A DNA stretch of 64,000 bases, taken from positions 165-64,164 of IMG/VR virus record IMGVR_UViG_3300029319_000032; one strand, 5' to 3'. Below are positions 56,149 to 64,000 of the stretch, in pieces. The DNA is from a virus (taxonomy: Duplodnaviria; Caudoviricetes). The notes under the pieces are model-generated. The model was not told the origin of the DNA. It saw only the letters and a program-made list of their open reading frames with translations, and made no database searches. Every line of letters begins with the position of its first letter. The stretch's first letter is position 1. Position numbers and translations under genes: made by a program.

Positions 56149-58617
56149 ATGCCTAGAAGGTCATTACAATTAAATGATTTTAGTGGAGGACTTAATACTA
56201 AGTCCTCTCCTAGGGATATTGCACCCAATCAGGTCCAGAAAGCAGACAATGTTTTCTTATCAAATCCAGGTCTTATAGAGGCGACTTCAGATGCTTCTAG
56301 TAAAAGCTCTGCAGAAACAATGACCCATACTCAGCAGGGTAATGGAGCATTTATATTTAACTTACAATTTGATGTAGATTCAAGTGAGACTACAGAACAG
56401 CCAACTCAAATAATAGCTTATCCTATAGATAAGGGTGCTGGTAATACTACTATACAATTTTTTAGAAGAGACTTTGATACTACAGGTAATTTTACTTTAG
56501 CAGATGAATCTGGAGACGCAGAAATAGATATGCAAGTAACTGGAGCTGTACAGCCAGTATATTATTTTGTAGATGGCGTACTTCATGTATCTGATAAACT
56601 TGCAGTAGATTCAAGTATTACAGCAGAGCCTAGAAGAATGCCTTATGTAAAAGAATCTAGATTTGGTACAGACGTAACAGGATTTTTAGACACTACTATG
56701 AAAGTAGAAAGAAGCACCACTCAGTTTGAAGCAATAACAAAAGGTACAAGTTTTACTGACCCAGGCATTGGTGAGTTTAGCGTAAAGCTACAGACAGACC
56801 CTACATTAGATTCTCAGTCATTTTTTGATGTTATTGAAGATGGTGATACAGATAACTTTCTTGCAGTTACACCGAACCCAAATGAAACAAATCCAGACCC
56901 TACTGCTGATATAAAATTAACAGATAAATTAATTCATTTAAAACTAACAGATGCAAATAATATGTCTTCTGTTACTTTAAATTATGGAGGAAGTAGTGGT
57001 ATAGCTACTGGAGGCATAGCAAATCTTGTAGGAGAAATTATACATATTAACGGTGAAGCTATGAGAGTAAGAAGTACAAACACTATGAACGGTTCATCAA
57101 CTTTAGATGTACTACAACTTCTTGTAGACAGAGATGTATTTGGAACTGGTGCTTTAGAACACGCTACTGGAGCAAAAGTTCAAACAACGTTAACAACAAG
57201 TATTAGTGTTACTGGTGGTGGTTGGGAAGCTGGTTCTTATGAGTTTTGTCATACAGTAATTGATTTACAAGATAATGAAACACTACCACAAGCTCCACAA
57301 TCAACTTTGTTTCCTATAACATCAGGTGCATATTTTACCAATGTAGGATTTAGAATAAAAGATACTAGTTTTAGTGATAGAAAAAATGAAAAAGGCGTAA
57401 GAATTTATACAAGAAAAAAAGACGGTAATGGCAGATGGATTTTGTTTTTAGATGTAGATTATCAAAGAGGAGTAAGAACTAATTTATTTGAAGACTATAC
57501 TGAGCTTTCAGTAGCTGATACAGACTTTATGCAAGTAGTAGATATAGATGTAGTTAACCCTTCATTAGATACTTATGAAAGTATAAATGGTTACTCTCAA
57601 GATGAAGAGAGTATAGATTTTGGTACAAAAGGTGGCTTCAAAGCAGCTACAGTATGTGCTAGAAGAGCATGGGTAGCCAATGTAAGAAAAGATGACAAAG
57701 TATACGATGACAGAGTTTACTATAGTCCAGTAAATAGATTTGCTACATTCCCAGACAGTTATTACTTAGATATTGGAATTAGTGACGGTGATTCATTTAC
57801 AGCATTACATAGTTTAGGAAACAGATTGTTAGCATTTAAACAGAAGAAGCTGTACGTAATTAATGTATCTTCTACATCTGATGCTGGATGGTTTTTAGAA
57901 GCTGAATATGATGGTATGGGATGTAGACAACAAGAATCAGTATGTAAAACACCATTTGGAGTTTGTTGGGTTAATGATGATGGAGTATATATATTTGATG
58001 GCTCTTCAAGTCCAAAAGAATTAACTGCAAACTTAGATGATGCTACATGGAGAAATAACCAGACTACAAAAAACCCAGCCATTGGTTACAATAATAAATA
58101 TAAACAACTTAATGTAGTACAAGATGCTGCAGCAGATACAGATGTTTTTGTTTTTGATTTTGCAAGACAAGGATGGAGTATAACAAAATCTATAGGTACT
58201 TCTGGTATATCTAATTTTCTACCATCGTTTGATGGGTTATATTTTTTAGAATATGGAAGTAGCAATACTAAAACTGTAAAATTACTAACAGGGGATGTAG
58301 GAACAAAAGCAATAGATTTGAGAACTAAAGATATAGACTTTGGTAACCCTGGATTAGTTAAAAAAGTAAAAAGAGTTTTTGTTACTGCAAGAGGAAATGG
58401 AACAAACCTTACATTAGGATATGCTAATGACGGAGAGTCAAGCTATAATGATTTATCTGCTCAGGCTTTGGGAACAGAGTATGCTACAAAAGAATTTACT
58501 ATTGCTGCAAACGATAGAGATTGTGAATCTATGTCTTTTAAACTTACAGCAGATGGAGCTGTAGACATAAATGACATTAACATAGATTACAGACAAACTA
58601 ACAAGAGACCTTCATAA
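56149..58617 (+). CDS. Tail tubular/nozzle protein, copy B
   Basis: Paralogue of 10681, ~115 aa longer owing to an internal insertion. Confidence 0.65.
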   Translation: MPRRSLQLNDFSGGLNTKSSPRDIAPNQVQKADNVFLSNPGLIEATSDASSKSSAETMTHTQQGNGAFIFNLQFDVDSSETTEQPTQIIAYPIDKGAGNTTIQFFRRDFDTTGNFTLADESGDAEIDMQVTGAVQPVYYFVDGVLHVSDKLAVDSSITAEPRRMPYVKESRFGTDVTGFLDTTMKVERSTTQFEAITKGTSFTDPGIGEFSVKLQTDPTLDSQSFFDVIEDGDTDNFLAVTPNPNETNPDPTADIKLTDKLIHLKLTDANNMSSVTLNYGGSSGIATGGIANLVGEIIHINGEAMRVRSTNTMNGSSTLDVLQLLVDRDVFGTGALEHATGAKVQTTLTTSISVTGGGWEAGSYEFCHTVIDLQDNETLPQAPQSTLFPITSGAYFTNVGFRIKDTSFSDRKNEKGVRIYTRKKDGNGRWILFLDVDYQRGVRTNLFEDYTELSVADTDFMQVVDIDVVNPSLDTYESINGYSQDEESIDFGTKGGFKAATVCARRAWVANVRKDDKVYDDRVYYSPVNRFATFPDSYYLDIGISDGDSFTALHSLGNRLLAFKQKKLYVINVSSTSDAGWFLEAEYDGMGCRQQESVCKTPFGVCWVNDDGVYIFDGSSSPKELTANLDDATWRNNQTTKNPAIGYNNKYKQLNVVQDAAADTDVFVFDFARQGWSITKSIGTSGISNFLPSFDGLYFLEYGSSNTKTVKLLTGDVGTKAIDLRTKDIDFGNPGLVKKVKRVFVTARGNGTNLTLGYANDGESSYNDLSAQALGTEYATKEFTIAANDRDCESMSFKLTADGAVDINDINIDYRQTNKRPS

Positions 58618-61600
58618 TGCCAAAATCTGGTGAACATAGAGTTAATCAAATTGACTCATTCTTTAGAGTCAGACCATCTGCTCAAAATATCAGAGAGGGT
58701 GAACATATATCATTTATTGAAGACGGTAAACTTATTAAGCAAGAGAAGAGAAATGGTGTAGTATATGAGCAGGTTTATGTTGAGCAAAACACATCAGAAA
58801 AACAGAGTTCAGCAGCAGCTACTGGAGATGTTACTAATTTAATTGTTCAAGGTTCTTCTTCTGGAGAAGCAGACATAACAGGTATTACTGCTGGAACTGG
58901 TTTAACTGGTGGAGGTGCTAGTGGTAATATAACATTAAATGTAGTTGGTGGTACAGGTATTACTGCTAATGCAAATGATATAGCTATTGATTCTACAGTA
59001 GTAACTCTTACTGGAACACAAACTCTAACCAACAAAACTTTAACTGCACCAACTTTTACAGGTACAGCACAAGGAGCAAGTCTTACACTAACTGGTGATT
59101 TAACTGTACAAGGTGATACTACAACTTTAAATACAGCTACTTTACAAGTAGAAGATAAAAACATTGTATTAAATTATCATGCTTCAAGCGACACTTCAGG
59201 TTCTGCAGAGGGTGCAGGTATTACAATACAAGATGCTGTAGATGCTTCAACTGATGCAACTATTTTATGGGACCAAAACCCAGGAGAGTTTGACTTTTCA
59301 CACGCTATAAATGTTACTGGGAATATATCAGTATCAGGTACTGTAGATGGAAGAGATATAGCTACAGACGGTTCTAAACTAGATGGCATAGAAGCATTAG
59401 CTGATATAACAGATACTGCTAATGTAACAGCTGCTGGTGCTCTTATGGACAGTGAGCTTACAAGCATTGCAGATGTAAAAGCATTAGACCAGTCTGTAAT
59501 TAGTGGAGCATCACCAACATTCAGTACATCAAATATGACTGATGCTTCAAATAAAAGATTTATGAGCGATGCTCAAGAAACTGTATTAAATAACACAAGT
59601 GGAACAAATACAGGAGATGAATCAGATGCAAGTGCATCAGTAAAAGGTATTGTAGAGTTAGCAACTACTGCCGAAACAACAACAGGTACAGATACTACAA
59701 GAGCAGTTACGCCTGATGGGTTGAAAGATGGTTATCAAGGTTCAACAAATGTTACCACATTAGGAACAATTTCTACAGGAACTTGGAATGGTACAGCGAT
59801 TGCATCTGCTTACTTAGATGCAGATACAGCACATTTATCAGGTACTCAAACATTTACTGGAGCTAAAACATTTAATAGTCTTACAAGCTTTACGATGGAT
59901 GGTAATACTATTTCAGGTATTGACGACTCAAGCGAATTTACTAACAACGATTCTCATATTATGACTTCTGCTGCAGTAGAGGATAAAATTTTAAGTTATG
60001 GATATATAACACAAGTAGGTATAGATGAAATCTTAGCAGCTGATATAATAGATAGTACTGAAGCATTTAGTGATAGTGACGATTTATTAATGACAGCAAA
60101 AGCTATTAACGACAGAATTGAATCATTTGGTTATGGTACTGGTACTATGAGTAGTTGGACTTTAGAAGGAGATAGTGGAAGTACAACAGTAACCAATGCA
60201 AATACTGTAGATATTGCAGGTGGTACAGGAATAACTACTGCTGCAAGTTTAGATGCAGGTAGGGATACAGTAACTATTAATTTTAGTGCAGGTATTGATG
60301 ATTTATCAGATGTTACAATTAATTCTGGAACATTGGCTAATGGACAAATATTAGAATATAGTACAGCAGAATCTGCGTTTGTTAATGCTACAAATCAAGC
60401 AATCACAATGTCAGGTAGTACTACAAATGGTGTACTAACAAGAAACACAAGCACACAAGCAACAGTAGAATCTAATCTTACTTTTGATGGAAGCACATTA
60501 ACAATTAATAATCCTAATGCTGGTGTAGCTGCTTTAGATTTTGAAGATACATCAGATTTAGCAATCTTTGTACCTGCAGCACAAACTTCAAATTATTATC
60601 AACCTTTAATTGGGGTTGGAGAAAATTCTACTACTTTTACAGCAGCTATTAGTTCTTATGATGCTGGTGGTAGTGCAGCACAAGGATTAGCTTTTCATAC
60701 TGGAAATACGAATGCAATAACTGAAGCAATGAGAATTGATAGTTCTCAAAATGTTGGTATAGGAACTACCTCACCTGATTATGAACTCCACGTTGCTGGT
60801 AGCATAAAAGCAGATACAAGCTTATTAATAGGAAGTAATTCAAACTTTTTAACAACACAATTAAAAGTTGGAGACGGCACAAGAGATATTAGACTTAATG
60901 CAAACCATAGTTCTAATGCAGTAGTAGGAACAGTGGGTTCACACGACTTTAATATAATGACTGCAAATACTTTTAGAATGACAATAGATGATTCAGGGAG
61001 TGTCGGTATAGGAAATACTTCACCTGATGCTACTTTTCATGTTGGAGATAATTCAAGTTCATTTACTCTTGGTACTACATCAGGAGATAGTATTGATTTA
61101 CTAAAATTAGAAACCGATTCTACTAATGCAAATCAGTTAATATTTTCATCTGAAAGAGTATCAGATGGAAGCACTTGGACTTCTACAAGAGAAAGAATTA
61201 GAAGAAGAGTAGATACAAGTAATATGGGATATATCCAATTTGGTAGTAGTTTTGATAATACAAATGCACACATGATTTCTTTTGGAGAAGTCGGTGTTGG
61301 CGATTATATGGGTATTACTGGAGATGGAAAAATTGGTATAGGAACTACCTCACCAAGCCAAAAGCTCCATGTTAATGGAAATATTAGAACAGATTCGGCT
61401 TATTATGTAGATGGTAATATTGTTATTAATACAGATGGTAATTTTGAAGTCCATGATACAAGAAGTGATACACCTTCAACAGATTTAGGATTAAAGGGTG
61501 TAAGATTTGATTTTAAAAACAATAGTGCAGATGGATTATCTGATGGTGGTAGTTATCATGGTGTGATGACATTTCAACAATGGAATGATACATCAGGTGG

Positions 61601-64000
61601 TCATATCCATGCTTTAGGATTTACAGATAATGGTAATGTTCATCACAGAAATGCAAGTATTGGTGGAACTTTTGGTAATTGGAAAAGATTAATACAAGAA
61701 AATGAAAGTGGAGATGTTGTATTAGATGCAACTTCTAAACTCTACTTAGATGGTGGTACTCATACTTATATACACGAACAAGCAGATGACATATTAGAAA
61801 TTGTTGTTGGTGGAGAAATTCAATTAAAATTAACTGAAGCAGGAAATGGTGTAGAAATACCAGTAGATTCACACCCATTAAAAATAGGTGCAGGTTCTGA
61901 CTTACAACTAAATCACAATGGTACAGATTCATTTGTAGAAAACTATACTGGACAATTAAACATTATCAATAATACAGATGATGGAGATATTGTATTTAAA
62001 TCAGATAATGGTAGTGGTGGATTAACCAATTATATTCAATTAGATGGTAGTGAAGTAGAAACAGTATTTAATCAAAAAATTAAAGTAGAAGATAGCAAGA
62101 AATTAGCTATAGGTAGTGGTAGAGATTTTAGTATTGAACACGATGGTAGTCATAATTATATGAAATTAAATAATGGTAATCTTTATTTTAGAGACCAATC
62201 CAATAATAACATATTTCAAATTTATAGAGAAGGTGGTGGAATACAACTATCTGAAGGTGATTTAAAAATACCAGCAACTTCTAAATTTTACTTAGATGGT
62301 GGTGGCAATAGTTACATACAAGAAGAATCAGCAGACAATCTTATCTTTAGAGCAGCTGGTGGTAATTATTTAAGAATTACTGGTAGTAATATTGTATTGA
62401 ATGACCCTGGAGCAAGTTATGATGTTAGAATTGAGGGAGATACAGATAGCAATTTATTCTTTACAGATGGTAGTGCAGATAGGGTTGGAATTGGAACGAA
62501 CTCTCCAGCAACAAAGTTAGACATTAGAGCAAGTGGAGCTAATGGATTAGTATTAAATAACGATACTTCCGATTCTGCAAATAGTGCAAGATTGTTTTTT
62601 GAAGGAACTTCTACAAGTACAATATTTCAAGAGGGTAGTGATTTAAGTTTTAGAGTTAATGCTACTACTGGAAGTTCAAGTGGTACTGAAAGAGTAGTAA
62701 TTAGAGAAGCTGGTTTGTTTGTTCCTAACGCATCATTAGGTGTAGGTACTGGTCCAAATAGTAATAATGGAAGAATTACAGCAAGTTCACATATTAGAGC
62801 AAACAATGGTACTGGTGGCTGTTCATTAACAGCAAATGATGGTGGTGGTAATGCAAGTATTACATTTAATCACGAGTCGCAAGTACCTGAACAAGATGGA
62901 AATTCAGCAAGAATTCATGTAAATACAGATTCTTCTTCTGATTGTCATATAGAGTTTGAAGTAGCAAGTGGTGTTACTGATGGAAGTTCTGTATCAACAA
63001 CTGATGTTTGCCAAATGAGAAATGGAAGTATTGATATCCAGCAAAAACTAAGACACTTAGGAGATACTAATACTCTTATGGAATTTGGAACTGATACAAT
63101 TAGTTTTGATACTGGTGGTACAGAAGCATTAAGAATTAATAGTTCTCAAAATGTCGGTATAGGAAATACATCACCTTCAAGACCTTTACAAATAGGCACT
63201 ACAACTACAAATGGAGAAGCCATCAAACTTGATGGAAATGCAAGTTATGGTGCAACTATTTACTATTCAAGAGGTGGTAGTTATAATTGGCTTGCAGGTG
63301 TAGGTGGTGCAAGTTCAGGTTCATCAAATATTCCATCATCTTACTGGGGTATAGAAGATGTTAGTCAAAGTAATGCAGTAAGATTAGCTATTGCTCACAC
63401 TACTGGTAGAATTGGTATTAATACAAATCCTGGTGCTTTTCTTGATATAACAAAAGATAACAATAATTCAGGAAATCAATTTAGAGTAGGAGATACAGAA
63501 GGTGGTAGTGCAGCAGTGAGAACATACTCTACTTCTGATGGTACAGGACTAATTATAAATCATTATTATGCTGTTGGTGGTAGCCCTTATATGAGATATA
63601 CAGATTTTGTATCATCAATGGGAGATTCTGCAGCAACTTCAATGAGGTTTTTTACTAAGCCTGCATCAGCAAATCCTGCTGAAGCATTAAGAATAGACAA
63701 TACACAAGATGCACATTTTGACCAAGATGTCATAGCATTTTCTACTACACCATCAGATATAAGATTAAAAGAAAACTTTGAAAAAATAGAAAATGGATTA
63801 GATATAGTATCTCAATTAGAAGGACATACATTTAATTGGAAAAAAGGTGGAGAAAGATTAAGTGCAGGATTTAAAGCACAAGAAGTAGAAAAGATTTTAC
63901 CACACTTAGTAGATGAAAAGAAACTTCCACTAAGAGCAGATGACGATAAAGAATACAAGATTTTACGATATGAGGAAATGATACCTTATTTAGTAGAAGC
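58617..64000 (+). CDS. Long tail fibre with S74 chaperone, copy B (3'-truncated by window; absent from ORF track)
   Basis: Starts MPKSGEHRVNQIDSFF like 12804; VGIGT repeats; ends in SDIRLKENFEKIENG...YEEMIPYLVE. Frame continuity not checked codon by codon. Confidence 0.8.
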   Translation, partial: MPKSGEHRVNQIDSFFRVRPSAQNIREGEHISFIEDGKLIKQEKRNGVVYEQVYVEQNTSEKQSSAAATGDVTNLIVQGSSSGEADITGITAGTGLTGGGASGNITLNVVGGTGITANANDIAIDSTVVTLTGTQTLTNKTLTAPTFTGTAQGASLTLTGDLTVQGDTTTLNTATLQVEDKNIVLNYHASSDTSGSAEGAGITIQDAVDASTDATILWDQNPGEFDFSHAINVTGNISVSGTVDGRDIATDGSKLDGIEALADITDTANVTAAGALMDSELTSIADVKALDQSVISGASPTFSTSNMTDASNKRFMSDAQETVLNNTSGTNTGDESDASASVKGIVELATTAETTTGTDTTRAVTPDGLKDGYQGSTNVTTLGTISTGTWNGTAIASAYLDADTAHLSGTQTFTGAKTFNSLTSFTMDGNTISGIDDSSEFTNNDSHIMTSAAVEDKILSYGYITQVGIDEILAADIIDSTEAFSDSDDLLMTAKAINDRIESFGYGTGTMSSWTLEGDSGSTTVTNANTVDIAGGTGITTAASLDAGRDTVTINFSAGIDDLSDVTINSGTLANGQILEYSTAESAFVNATNQAITMSGSTTNGVLTRNTSTQATVESNLTFDGSTLTINNPNAGVAALDFEDTSDLAIFVPAAQTSNYYQPLIGVGENSTTFTAAISSYDAGGSAAQGLAFHTGNTNAITEAMRIDSSQNVGIGTTSPDYELHVAGSIKADTSLLIGSNSNFLTTQLKVGDGTRDIRLNANHSSNAVVGTVGSHDFNIMTANTFRMTIDDSGSVGIGNTSPDATFHVGDNSSSFTLGTTSGDSIDLLKLETDSTNANQLIFSSERVSDGSTWTSTRERIRRRVDTSNMGYIQFGSSFDNTNAHMISFGEVGVGDYMGITGDGKIGIGTTSPSQKLHVNGNIRTDSAYYVDGNIVINTDGNFEVHDTRSDTPSTDLGLKGVRFDFKNNSADGLSDGGSYHGVMTFQQWNDTSGGHIHALGFTDNGNVHHRNASIGGTFGNWKRLIQENESGDVVLDATSKLYLDGGTHTYIHEQADDILEIVVGGEIQLKLTEAGNGVEIPVDSHPLKIGAGSDLQLNHNGTDSFVENYTGQLNIINNTDDGDIVFKSDNGSGGLTNYIQLDGSEVETVFNQKIKVEDSKKLAIGSGRDFSIEHDGSHNYMKLNNGNLYFRDQSNNNIFQIYREGGGIQLSEGDLKIPATSKFYLDGGGNSYIQEESADNLIFRAAGGNYLRITGSNIVLNDPGASYDVRIEGDTDSNLFFTDGSADRVGIGTNSPATKLDIRASGANGLVLNNDTSDSANSARLFFEGTSTSTIFQEGSDLSFRVNATTGSSSGTERVVIREAGLFVPNASLGVGTGPNSNNGRITASSHIRANNGTGGCSLTANDGGGNASITFNHESQVPEQDGNSARIHVNTDSSSDCHIEFEVASGVTDGSSVSTTDVCQMRNGSIDIQQKLRHLGDTNTLMEFGTDTISFDTGGTEALRINSSQNVGIGNTSPSRPLQIGTTTTNGEAIKLDGNASYGATIYYSRGGSYNWLAGVGGASSGSSNIPSSYWGIEDVSQSNAVRLAIAHTTGRIGINTNPGAFLDITKDNNNSGNQFRVGDTEGGSAAVRTYSTSDGTGLIINHYYAVGGSPYMRYTDFVSSMGDSAATSMRFFTKPASANPAEALRIDNTQDAHFDQDVIAFSTTPSDIRLKENFEKIENGLDIVSQLEGHTFNWKKGGERLSAGFKAQEVEKILPHLVDEKKLPLRADDDKEYKILRYEEMIPYLVE

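Noticed and set aside
17925-64000. Exact terminal repeat or simple circular overlap explaining the duplication
   Set aside because: Copies A and B differ extensively in protein sequence and gene content, so this is not the same genome read twice.
1-64000. tRNA/rRNA genes, integrase, IS elements, alternative genetic code
   Set aside because: None recognised by eye; long ORFs are intact under the standard code. A tRNAscan-SE run would be needed to formally exclude tRNAs.

Overview
AT-rich tailed dsDNA phage sequence (Caudoviricetes, podovirus-like architecture; host not identifiable from sequence). It holds two colinear but clearly diverged virion morphogenesis modules about 45.7 kb apart: copy A (1-18.9 kb) and copy B (44.2-64 kb). 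Each has terminase, portal, scaffold, a 456-aa major capsid protein, a cluster of small basic proteins, adaptor and tail proteins, and a long tail fibre with an S74-type chaperone. Between them are one set of putative ejection proteins (18.9-26.6 kb), a minus-strand replication/recombination block (DnaB-like helicase, Sak3-like SSAP, SSB-like protein, PD-(D/E)XK nucleases) and a minus-strand early region (33-41 kb). I saw no integrase, DNA polymerase, primase, tRNA or CRISPR array. The strongest unexplained signals are non-coding and lie in the early region: a phased array of 7 perfect DnaA boxes, about 24 copies of the palindrome (C)GTTTAAAC(G), a canonical hammerhead ribozyme, and a promoter- and terminator-bounded ~93-nt sRNA candidate whose unpaired seed is complementary to the ribosome-binding sites of the phage's own early genes. 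A 9-codon peptide, MNCECGCGC, is conserved in both virion modules with only synonymous changes. All product calls come from motif recognition by eye, without database searches. Whether the A/B duplication is biological or an assembly chimera cannot be decided from this window.
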